From NCBI RefSeq assembly GCF_001194135.2, contig NC_068982.1, positions 7,758,191 through 7,822,190 on the forward strand: a DNA stretch of 64,000 nucleotides. The letters run 5' to 3'. The notes beneath the pieces were generated by a model. The model made no database searches and was not told where the DNA came from. It saw only the letters and a program-made list of their open reading frames with translations. A program made the translations under genes and the position numbers. Shown here piece by piece: positions 1 to 12,500 of the stretch. Within the stretch, counting starts at the first letter, position 1. Each line of letters starts with the position of its first letter. The DNA comes from Octopus bimaculoides (taxonomy: Eukaryota).

Positions 1-1381
1 CAGTTGTGGTGGATGGTGCAGCACTTGTTGTAGTTGGGGCAGTGGTGGTGGATGGAACAGCACTTGTAGTTGGGGCAGTTGTGGTGGATGGTGCAGCACT
101 TGTTGTAGTTGGGGCAGTGGTGGTGGATGGTGCAGCACTTGTAGTTGGAGCAGTGGTTGTGAATTTTGCAGTAGTTGTTGTAGTTGGGGCAGTGGTTGTG
201 AATTTTACAGTAGTTGTTGTAGTTGGGGCAGCGGTGGTGGATAGTGCAGCACTTGTTGTNNNNNNNNNNNNNNNNNNNNNNNNNNNNNNNNNNNNNNNNN
301 NNNNNNNNNNNNNNNNNNNNNNNNNNNNNNNNNNNNNNNNNNNNNNNNNNNNNNNNNNNNNNNNNNNNNNNNNNNNNNNNNNNNNNNNNNNNNNNNNNNN
401 NNNNNNNNNNNNNNNNNNNNNNNNNNNNNNNNNNNNNNNNNNNNNNNNNNNNNNNNNNNNNNNNNNNNNNNNNNNNNNNNNNNNNNNNNNNNNNNNNNNN
501 NNNNNNNNNNNNNNNNNNNNNNNNNNNNNNNNNNNNNNNNNNNNNNNNNNNNNNNNNNNNNNNNNNNNNNNNNNNNNNNNNNNNNNNNNNNNNNNNNNNN
601 NNNNNNNNNNNNNNNNNNNNNNNNNNNNNNNNNNNNNNNNNNNNNNNNNNNNNNNNNNNNNNNNNNNNNNNNNNNNNNNNNNNNNNNNNNNNNNNNNNNN
701 NNNNNNNNNNNNNNNNNNNNNNNNNNNNNNNNNNNNNNNNNNNNNNNNNNNNNNNNNNNNNNNNNNNNNNNNNNNNNNNNNNNNNNNNNNNNNNNNNNNN
801 NNNNNNNNNNNNNNNNNNNNNNNNNNNNNNNNNNNNNNNNNNNNNNNNNNNNNNNNNNNNNNNNNNNNNNNNNNNNNNNNNNNNNNNNNNNNNNNNNNNN
901 NNNNNNNNNNNNNNNNNNNNNNNNNNNNNNNNNNNNNNNNNNNNNNNNNNNNNNNNNNNNNNNNNNNNNNNNNNNNNNNNNNNNNNNNNNNNNNNNNNNN
1001 NNNNNNNNNNNNNNNNNNNNNNNNNNGGTACAGCACTTGTTGTAGTTGGGGCAGTGGCGGTGGATGGTACAGCACTTGTCATTGGGGCAGTGGTGGTAGA
1101 TTTTACAGTAGTTGTTGTAGTTGGGGCAGTGGTGGTGGATGGTACAGCACTTGTAGTTGGGGCAATGGTGGTAGATTTTACAGTAGTTTTTGTAGTTGGG
1201 GCAGCTGTGGTGGATGGTACAGTACTTGTAGTTGGGGCAATGGTGGTAGATTTTGAAGCACTTGTAGTAGTTAAAGCTGTGGTGGTGGATGGTACAGTGG
1301 TTGTCTTGGATGATATCGTACTTCTTGTCGCTTTTGTAGAACTTATCAATGAAGCTGGAGAAACATTGAAAATAGATGAAT
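1..1381 (-). CDS. Exon 31 (partial): large mucin PTS tandem-repeat exon (e.g. TTSAAPSTTTAPT, TTTTVKSTTTAPT), gap at 260-1026
   Basis: ttctttag acceptor in phase 1. The frame is open on both sides of the gap, with 36/39-bp repeats encoding Thr-rich units. Continues beyond the window edge. Confidence 0.9.
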
Positions 1382-3357
1382 CTAAAGAAACTATATCAAA
1401 ATTTATGTTCATTTCAATAAAATAATTTTACAATTTTACAACTGAATATTATTATCTTCAAAACTTTGTCAAATATAAACAAAGATATGATTATTTACAT
1501 TTATAGTGCTGAACGGATATCATATATACTTGAATTGGTAAGAATAATTTCTAAACTGCATAGCTAAGAGCATCCAGAAATTCCGAAATGGTATACAGTA
1601 ATCCCTCGACTATTATGGGTGTTATATTCCAAAAACCCCTGCGATAGGTGAAAATCCATGAAGTAGAAATAGTACTGTACTGTACATTTTTTTTAGTTAT
1701 TTTTATAATTTGTATATACACACACATATATATAAAGTCAGACAGTTGCAGCCAATGGAGAATTATCTAGGGAAACGCAAATATTGAACTGTGTTCCCCA
1801 AGAAACTGTCGTGGAGCCACTACTGTTCATAGTAGCCCTTCTGGACATGCCCACGCTCACTCGGACAGCTACTGTCACTGGCTACGCTGATGACACAAAA
1901 CTATCTCAGGCAATAAAGAATCCTGATGATATCATAAGCCTGCAGAATGACCTAAATGCAATATACAAGTGGGCAGAGCAAAATAATATGCAGTTCAATG
2001 CAAAAAATTTCAAGTACTGCGCTACAAAGCCACGAGTGCCCCCAACTGGCATACACAGGACCTGGAGGTACTGCAATCCCAGAACCACAAACAGTGAGAG
2101 ACCTAGGCATCAGCATGTGTAGTGATGCATCATTTCACATGCACATTGTGAAGTTGACAGCAAAGTGCAGACAACTGGCAGGGTGGATACTGAGGATACT
2201 GTGTATGTATGTATGTGTGTACATACATACATACGTACGTACATACATACATACATACATACGTACGTACATACGTACGTACATACATACATACATACAC
2301 ACATACACACATACATACATACACACATACATACATACATACATACACACACACATACNNNNNNNNNNNNNNNNNNNNNNNNNNNNNNNNNNNNNNNNNN
2401 NNNNNNNNNNNNNNNNNNNNNNNNNNNNNNNNNNNNNNNNNNNNNNNNNNNNNNNNNNNNNNNNNNNNNNNNNNNNNNNNNNNNNNNNNNNNNNNNNNNN
2501 NNNNNNNNNNNNNNNNNNNNNNNNNNNNNNNNNNNNNNNNNNNNNNNNNNNNNNNNNNNNNNNNNNNNNNNNNNNNNNNNNNNNNNNNNNNNNNNNNNNN
2601 NNNNNNNNNNNNNNNNNNNNNNNNNNNNNNNNNNNNNNNNNNNNNNNNNNNNNNNNNNNNNNNNNNNNNNNNNNNNNNNNNNNNNNNNNNNNNNNNNNNN
2701 NNNNNNNNNNNNNNNNNNNNNNNNNNNNNNNNNNNNNNNNNNNNNNNNNNNNNNNNNNNNNNNNNNNNNNNNNNNNNNNNNNNNNNNNNNNNNNNNNNNN
2801 NNNNNNNNNNNNNNNNNNNNNNNNNNNNNNNNNNNNNNNNNNNNNNNNNNNNNNNNNNNNNNNNNNNNNNNNNNNNNNNNNNNNNNNNNNNNNNNNNNNN
2901 NNNNNNNNNNNNNNNNNNNNNNNNNNNNNNNNNNNNNNNNNNNNNNNNNNNNNNNNNNNNNNNNNNNNNNNNNNNNNNNNNNNNNNNNNNNNNNNNNNNN
3001 NNNNNNNNNNNNNNNNNNNNNNNNNNNNNNNNNNNNNNNNNNNNNNNNNNNNNNNNNNNNNNNNNNNNNNNNNNNNNNNNNNNNNNNNNNNNNNNNNNNN
3101 NNNNNNNNNNNNNNNNNNNNNNNNNNNNNNNNNNNNNNNNNNNNNNNNNNNNNNNNNNNNNNNNNNNNNNNNNNNNNNNNNNNNNNNNNNNNNNNNNNNN
3201 NNNNNNNNNNNNNNNNNNNNNNNNNNNNNNNNNNCATACATACATACATACACACATACATACACACACACATACATACATACATACACGCATATACACA
3301 TACATACATACACACACACATACATACACACATACAGACATACATACACACATACAT

Positions 3358-3388
<31 letters not shown>

Positions 3389-6300
3389 TACACACATACA
3401 TACATACACACAGTTATATTGACTCAGTGGCCTTCCAGAGCTTCTTGCTCCAGAGGCCAGCTCAGAGAAGAAGATCATCTCTGGTAGATGCGCATCGTTC
3501 ATTCGGACTACATGTCCGACCCACCGGAGCTGGGCCTTCATGCTGAGGGCTTGATCCCAGGCATTTCGACTTTGTGAAGCACCTCAGTGCTGTAGACTGT
3601 TCTCCCAGGAAATTCCCATGATTCTTCGCAAGCAGCGGAGGTGGAACTGGTCAAGTACTCGCATTTGCCTCCTATACAGCGTCCACATCCCACAGCTGTA
3701 TAGCAGAGAGGTGATGACGACTGCCCTATAGACTGCCGGCTTGGTGGAAAGTCTGATGCCTCGTTTGGCCTACACACTTGTCCAAAGTCTGCCAAACGAA
3801 GCTCCTGCTTTTGCAAGCCTCATGGAGACATCTTTGCCCATGCTGCAGTTTGAGGACTGGCAGCTTCCCAGGTATGTAAAGCTCTCCACGTTGTTCAGAG
3901 TTGTGCCCTCAATCTTAATCTGAGGATCAGGAGATGTCAGGCCAGGTGCAGGCTGAAGCATCACTACAGTTTTTCACAGGCTAATGGTCAGTTCGAAGGC
4001 TTTTGCTGCTTCTGCGGGACAAATGACAAGTTCTTGCAGGTCTGGTTCATTCAATGCTGCAAGCGCATAATCGTTTGCAAACAGGAAGTCTTTCACTAGG
4101 GTGTCCAGGACTTTGGCTTCTGCCTTCAGACATCTGAGGTCAAAGAATTGGCCGTCACATCTGTAGCGAATAGTGACACCAGCATCAGACTTTGACAGGT
4201 CACGGAAGAGCATGGTGGCAAACATGAGGCTGAAGAGTGTGGGAGCCATCACGTAGCCTTGCTTCACGCCGTTGGAGACCGGGAATGGATCAGAGACATC
4301 TCCGTTTTCCACAATACAAGCCATCATGCCATCATGAAATGACTAGATGATCCTGACGAGCTTTGGTGGGCAGCCTAGCTTGGACAAGATATCCCACAGG
4401 CACTCACGGCTGACAAAAGCCTTCGTCAGGTCCACAAAGAGGATGTAGAGGTTCTGGTTTTGTTCTCAGCACTTTTCTCATATCTGCCGTACTGCAAAGA
4501 CCATGCCTATTGTCCCCCTGTTGTTCCTAAATCCACACTGGCTCTCTGAGACCACATCACCCAGCAGGTGGTGTGTGATGCGGATCAGAAAAACATGGGC
4601 CATGATCTTTCCTGCGATGCTCAGCAATGAGATGCTTCTGTGGGTGTCACATGAAGCTCTGTACCCCTTCTTCTTGTACAGATGCTCGATGTTGGCATCC
4701 TTGAAGTCCTGCAGCACTGACCCTTCGTCCCAGAACTGCTGTATCAGCTCAGTCAACTTGATGGCAACAGCTTCACCTTCCTCTTTGAAGATCTATGGGG
4801 GTATTCCATCAGGACCAGGTGCTTTCCCCACGTGTAGTTGCTTGATGAATTTCTGCCAGTGTTGGGGGGTTGGGGGGGTCATCAAGCAACACCAGGACTG
4901 GGCACTGTGGCATGTCTTGAATGGTCTGCTGGTCAATCTGGGAAGGTCTGTTTAGCAGCTGACTGAAGTGTTCACTCCAGCGCTATATGATGTGTGGTTC
5001 TTGAGAAGATCTGCCAACTTCAGCAAAACTGAGATTGGAGAGTGCTGCATGTTCCACCCACACATAACAATAAAAAACAAAAATTTCACACACCCAACCC
5101 CAAAAAAACCAAACTACATCTCGTTTCTTCCTCATCTCTTCTTTTCAAGCACTGAATAACATCACTCCTCCCCAAGCCTCACCCCACATTCCTTTCCCAG
5201 TTTTCAGAGTTGGCACAGTCAATGTAGGCACACTGAAAAGTAGGTCTAGTGAGATTGTAGAAATGCTTGAAAGGAGATGTATGCTGCATACAAGAGGTAA
5301 GATGGAGAGGAGCTTCAGCTAGGTTCCTCACAGGCAAGGCACACAGGTACAAAATCTTCTGGCAAGGTAACATGGATGGAGTGGGGGTGTGTAGGCATAC
5401 TCCTTGCGGAGAAATGGGTAGATAAAGTCATAGAAGTTGTCAGGCTATGTGACAGAGCGCTTAAGCTCAGGCTAGTCTTGCAGAATAGTATAGCTACAAT
5501 TATCTCTGCCTACGCCCCACAAGCGGGTCTACCAAATGATCAGAAGGATCATTTTTATGATACCCTTCAACAGGCTACCTCAAAGATGAGTGGCAATGAC
5601 CTCATCTTTGTGGCTGGAGATTTTAATGGGCATGTTGGGCAGCAATCCGGTATCTTCATTGATGTACACAGGGGCCATGGTATTGGTACCTGAAACTACG
5701 AGGAAACTAGGCTACTAGAGTTCTGTGATGCATGTAACCTTTTAATGTGCAACACTAACTTCAAGAAGTCAGACAGCCACCTGATAACCTATCAACTGGG
5801 TGACTCTGCTAGCCAGATTGATTTCATCCTCACCAGACAGGGGACACAGGGTTGCTCTTAAATACAAAGACCCTCCTGGGTGAAGAATGTACCCCCAGCA
5901 TAGGCTAGTCATTAGTGACTTTAGACTCGAAGCCAGAAAGATACCAAGAAGCAGACCAATCCAAAAAAGAAGGATTTGGAAGCTAAAGAACCCTTCACAT
6001 GGTCAGAGAGTTTGGGACATCCTCATCAAGAAATATGAGAGGTAGGAGGAACTACGGACATCGGACATAGAAAGTAGCTGGAAATTCCTATGGGACAGCT
6101 TGCTGAGTACCACAGACCAAGTTTGCGGATGATGCAAATTCTCTTCCAGACTCAGAGTTACGTGGTGGAGGAATAGTATGGTAGACAAAGCCATTAGAGC
6201 AAAGAAACAGGCTTGGAAAGCCTGGAAAAGTGGGGGTAGCAGGGAACTGTACCAGGTAGCCAAAAGGGAGGCTGGGTGGCAGGTATACACANNNNNNNNN

Positions 6301-9300
6301 NNNNNNNNNNNNNNNNNNNNNNNNNNNNNNNNNNNNNNNNNNNNNNNNNNNNNNNNNNNNNNNNNNNNNNNNNNNNNNNNNNNNNNNNNNNNNNNNNNNN
6401 NNNNNNNNNNNNNNNNNNNNNNNNNNNNNNNNNNNNNNNNNNNNNNNNNNNNNNNNNNNNNNNNNNNNNNNNNNNNNNNNNNNNNNNNNNNNNNNNNNNN
6501 NNNNNNNNNNNNNNNNNNNNNNNNNNNNNNNNNNNNNNNNNNNNNNNNNNNNNNNNNNNNNNNNNNNNNNNNNNGAAAGACTGCTGAACATGGAGAATGA
6601 ATAGGAGGAGGAGAGCCTGCCAAATGTTGACCCAGTAGAGGGACCAGCTATCCGAATAGACAGCTACCTGGTAGATAAAGCAATTAAGGGTATGAAACCA
6701 GGAAAAGCCCCCGGCCCATCAGAAATCACTGCTGAGATGCTTAAAACATCTGGTGGTGTGGGCTATGGCCTAGTCACCCGCATTGTAAAGCAGGTAGTTA
6801 ATGATGGAGTCATACCCAATGACTGGCGTAGCAGCACCATAGTCAACTGCTACAAGGGTAAAGGTGATGCTCTAGATAGAAATAACTACAGGGGTATCAA
6901 ACCGCTGGATCAGGTGATGAAGGTCATGGAGAAGGTCAGAGCCCATCTCATTAGGGAGAGAATCAGCTTAGATGAGATGCAGTTCGATTTTGTGCCAGGT
7001 AGAAGCGCCACTGATGCTATATTCCTGGTACAGCAACTGCAGGAGAAATACCCAGCTAAAGATAAACCCCTATATTTAGCTTTTGTGGAGTTGGAAAAAG
7101 CCTTTGACAGTTCCCCCAATCCCTTATCTGGTGGGCGATGCAGAAACTGGGGATTGATGAATGGTTAATAAGGGCTGTACAGGCCCTATACAGAGAGGCC
7201 GTATAGTGAAGAATTCTGGGTAGAAGTAGGGGTCCACCAAGGATCAGCTCTCAGTCCCCTTTTATTCCTCATAGTCCTCCAGGCAATAACAGAGGAATTC
7301 AAGACGGGTTGCCCCTGGGAGCTCCTCTATGCTGATGACCTAGCCCTCATAGCAGAATCACTACCAGAACTAGAGAAGAAATTTCGGGTGTGGAAGCAAG
7401 GTTTAGAATCAAAAGGCCTTAGAGTCAATGTAGCAAAGACCAAAGTTCTAGTAAGTAGGAAGGCAAACTCATCACACACACCCTCAGGTAGATGGCCCTG
7501 CTCGATCTGTAGAAAAGGTGTAAATAGAAACTCCATAAGATGTACCTAGTGTAAGCTATGGACACATTAGAGGTGCAGCAACATCAAAGGAAGATTAACC
7601 GGGAAGATAGCTTTCGTGTGTGGCAGATGCACAGGGGCAATAAACACCACAGATGCTCAGAAAACAGATTCCATCAAACTCCAGGAGGAGAAACTAGAAG
7701 TAGTTGATAGCTTCCGCTACCTAGGTGGCCAAGTTAGTAGTGGGGGTGGATGCTCTGAGAGTNNNNNNNNNNNNNNNNNNNNNNNNNNNNNNNNNNNNNN
7801 NNNNNNNNNNNNNNNNNNNNNNNNNNNNNNNNNNNNNNNNNNNNNNNNNNNNNNNNNNNNNNNNNNNNNNNNNNNNNNNNNNNNNNNNNNNNNNNNNNNN
7901 NNNNNNNNNNNNNNNNNNNNNNNNNNNNNNNNNNNNNNNNNNNNNNNNNNNNNNNNNNNNNNNNNNNNNNNNNNNNNNNNNNNNNNNNNNNNNNNNNNNN
8001 NNNNNNNNNNNNNNNNNNNNNNNNNNNNNNNNNNNNNNNNNNNNNNNNNNNNNNNNNNNNNNNNNNAGTGAAACATGGGCCATGACTGCTGAGGACATGC
8101 GTAGGCTTGAAAGAAATGAAGCTAGCATGATCTGCTTGATGTGTAAAGTCAGTGTGCACACATGACAGAGTGTAAATGCCCTGAGAGAAATGTTGGACAT
8201 AAGAAGCATCAGATTTGGTGTGCAAGAGAGACGTTTGCGCTGGTATGGTCATGTACTACGAATGGATGAGGAGGGCTGTGTGAAGAAGTGTCACTCCCAA
8301 ACAGTTGAAGGAATCCGGGGTAGAGGTAGACCCAGGAAGACATGGGATGAGGTAGTGAAGCATGACCTTCAAGCGTTAAGCCTCACAGAGGCAATGACGA
8401 AAGACTGAGACTTCTGGAGATATGTTGTGACTGTGAAGACCCGGCAAATAAAGTGAGTTCACAGCTGTATCCTACACCAGCTTTGCATAACCAGCCCCAG
8501 CCCATTCAAAAGTACCTTGGATTGTAGGGGGTGACCTGCTGTGTTTGAGGAGACCTACTGAATCAAGTACATCAACATTAAAATGAAAATCAAATGGAAA
8601 TTGTAGTTGTAATACCTGTGCCAGTGGCACATAAAAAGCACTATCCGAATGTGGCCAATGCCAGCGCCACCTTGGCTTTTTTTTTCTATGGAAACAATTT
8701 AAAATATTAAAAAGACTTACTGAGTGTTGACTTAGATAAAGTAATTGTTGATGTAGAAATAGTTTCCTGACTTGACAGAATTGAAGAAGATACTGTTGTT
8801 GGTATGTATGCTGAATAAAAACAGAAAAAGTGCTTCTATGAGTTGTAAATTACTAATAGCATTCATTGTAATATAACTTCAGAATTCACTGTTATGCACA
8901 TGTATGAAAACTATAAAGAAAATAGGGTTAAAATTCCCTTAGAAATAGAATTTCATCTCCTAATTTTTAACACTCAACAATACAAACATACATGAATTAG
9001 AATGTTCGTCTATTCTTTTATTTGTTTCAGTCATTTCACGGCGGCCATGCTGGAGCGCCACCTTAAGTTGAACAAATCAACCCCACAACTTTCTCTTTGT
9101 AAGCCTATTACTTATTCTATCGGGCTCTTTTTACTGAACCACTAAGTTACAGAGACATAAACACACCCACATCAGTTGTCAAGCAATGGTAGGGAGACAA
9201 ACACAGACACAAATAACAAATACATACATCATCATCATCATCATCATATATACATATACATACATACGGCAGGCTTCTTTCAGTTTCGGTTTACTAAATC

Positions 9301-9521
9301 CACTCACAAGGCTTTGGTCGGCCCAAGGTTATACTAGAAGACACTTGCACAAGATGCCAAGCAGTGGGACTGAACCCGGAATAATGTGGTTGGGAAGCAT
9401 GCTTCTTAACACACTGTCATTCCTGCACCTATACACAGCCACTCCTGCACCTATGCTAATTAGATTTCTTTAATAAATATTAGAAATAATTGACACTGAG
9501 GCATTTTAAGATTATTTTGAT

Positions 9522-9558
<37 letters not shown>

Positions 9559-12500
9559 CCGTGTGTGTGTAAAACAAGTCATGACATGAATTGTAATGCA
9601 AATCAAAAATTAATTATAAGAATGAAAAAGGAGATACACTGTACTCAGGGGCATATTAGAGAAAATGGAGAACTGAGACAAAAAAAATTCTGTTACATAC
9701 TGAACAACATGATCAAAGAGAAAACTTACAAGACTGTATGAAAGAAAATTAATAAAATTCATACAGTATCATCAATGTTACACAGACAGCTTCTCTGCCT
9801 TCACACACACACATTGGAGAAGTGTTCCATTTAAATGAAATTCATCCCAAGAAATATGTTTCCCATTCGCTTGTATCATTACTCAAATCCATCTGCCATG
9901 CAAATCAATGGGAAAATGAGGTTCATGTAATGGAACCTGCTGCTAGGGCAAGATGCACCCCTCAGTGCCACAAACAGGAGATTCATGTGTCCTGCTTTTC
10001 CAAATCAAAGTTTTGAAAGAATACTTTCACAAAGTATATATCTACTTATTTATTACACGCGACATGCTTCATATTTGAACAATTATATTTCATATGCTCC
10101 TTACACCACTGAGACACTGAATATAACATATGTTAAAACAGAAAATGAAAACAATACGTTCCACATATATTTTACATTAATTTATCACAATATTTCTCCC
10201 ATATACATTCATATACACAAATATTGACATCTGAATCATACAAAATTCAATGCAGAGGAATCAAAAATAGAAGTTTGATGCTATATACAGGCATTGTGAC
10301 GTTCAGGATATAACAATTATTCCTGAAAAAAACAAAATCTTAAATTTCACACTTACTCGTTGGTTTCACACATATCTTCACAGAAACAGTCACTACCATG
10401 GGGATTTCTTTGGTAGTGGCAACAATGGTCAGTTGAATCTTTGTTTTTCCCGTTCCAGGTTTAATGCTAAAAGCCTCTGTAGGTGTCAGTAATGGAGAAA
10501 CAACCCTCTCTGGTATTACACTTACTTCAGACTCCGGTTCCTGTAAAAATCACAAGAGAATATTTAATGTAAATGGAGAAAATACACACTCAGAGAAAGC
10601 AGTGCATATCACATATCAAAACTTTGCAAACACACACACCAGGCAATTATTAAACTCACCTTTACTTTTCCAAACAATACTACTTGATAAATTTCTACAT
10701 TCTTTGATTTGACAAGATAAACTTCTCCTCCGTTGTTAAGGTCATCTCCAATATCTATATAAATAATCCTATTCTCCGTAGTATTCGTTTTCCAACCTTG
10801 TCCACTCAGTCGAATATCACTTGCATTACCAGCAGGATACAGTTTTATTGCACTGTCTGGTATCACTGCTTTGTCGTCCATTCCATAAACACTTTCACAT
10901 TTGGCTGCAAACAGGAAAACAATACACCGCACACTAAATATATATTTTCTATATACTGAAGCATATATACAATTTCATAATTGCAAGGTAAACATCAATC
11001 AAGCTGATAAATATAAACATATCGAAAGACATACATAACTTAAGATAAATGATAAATATCAGAGGTGAGATATACAAGAATTGCAATTTCAATGGGGCTA
11101 TGATTAAAAACAAATANNNNNNNNNNNNNNNNNNNNNNNNNNNNNNNNNNNNNNNNNNNNNNNNNNNNNNNNNNNNNNNNNNNNNNNNNNNNNNNNNNNN
11201 NNNNNNNNNNNNNNNNTGAATGCTTCCATTTACACAATTTCTCATTCATTTCAAGGTCACAGCCAACACAATAGATTTCATCACAAGTGATGACCTTCAG
11301 GCAAACGTTCCTGTCAGCACCTAATTGTACCTTCAGTTCTCGGCACGTATTCAGTTTTGACTGCTACTCACTTTCCGTGAGTACGCGAGGCACAAATTTT
11401 GCTGCAATTCCTCTCATTTGCAATCCATCACTCAAAACTCATTGGCACAAGCTCCAGGATACAAAAGTTATATCAACAAATTCATCAGTTATTCAGTGAT
11501 GTCTCTCCAACATCAGTTCATGAACGTTCAAGATGTTTTTATTTGCTTCGAAGACAGACAGTCGCTCTGAACAGGGTTCGTCTGCAAGCAAAAGGCGACC
11601 AGTCCTTAAACATGAAAACCACTCGTAATCTTGCATTTTTCACATGGCAGTGTATTCCTACACTGTTTGAAGAATGACAACTATTTCAGCTACCATTTTA
11701 ACTGGCACCAATTAGAATTTCACAGAAGTACGTTGTTCTTTTGTTTCAGCCATTGCAGAAATCAACATACATGGGATAAACACCGTAAAACAAACATGCA
11801 CCATGTGGGAGCATGATTTCATTCAATGCCACCAGTTAGCAGAATGATACCTGAGGGTCATATCAGCTTGCTTATTGCTGCAGAAGCCTGAACTGAAAGG
11901 GGATTGTCCCACAGAGAACATTTCTCGTTACATTTGGTTATTCGCCCGTATATTCAAAACAATGTATACAAATACATTAAATGTGATCATCAAAACAAAA
12001 ACAATCAATTATTCCTAGGAATAGTATACATGCCAATTATCTATCATAATTGCAAACAATGATAATTATCTTAGTATTTCAAAAGTGTAAAGCAAATAAT
12101 GAAGACATGGATTAATATGAGTTATACATGAGAAATTTTTTCATCTTTTTAAAATATTTTTGGCCAATAAACCTGAATCTGACATACTTACATGGTGTGG
12201 TAGACACTGTGCTCAGTACAGTGGAGACAATGGGTGACTCTGTTGTAGACACACTGGGTGACACTGTTGTAGACAAACTAGGTGATACTGTTGTTGATAT
12301 GCTAGTAGGGATCAGTGTTGAAACACTTGGTGTTGAAAGGTAAGCTAAAACATTGACAAGGATATTCCATTCAAGACACACATTGCAAATACAAACTTTA
12401 TATGCAATAATATGCATTCTAATTAACATGACATTTCCCCATGCGACACAAATTTCCTGAAAAATACCTTGAGCTTGCATAGTTTCCTGCAAAATAACAT

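Noticed and set aside
6-1425. Plus-strand Val/Gly-rich ORFs (VVVGAVVVDG...)
   Set aside because: Antisense shadow of the Thr-rich PTS exon; the minus frame has a proper acceptor in phase with the gene.
1956-3546. Long ORFs of 400+ aa in several frames
   Set aside because: Produced by (TACA)n repeats and N-runs; the same applies to ORFs at 6003-6623, 7616-8252, 18933-19299, 43204-43772, 47865-48313 and 55892-56337.
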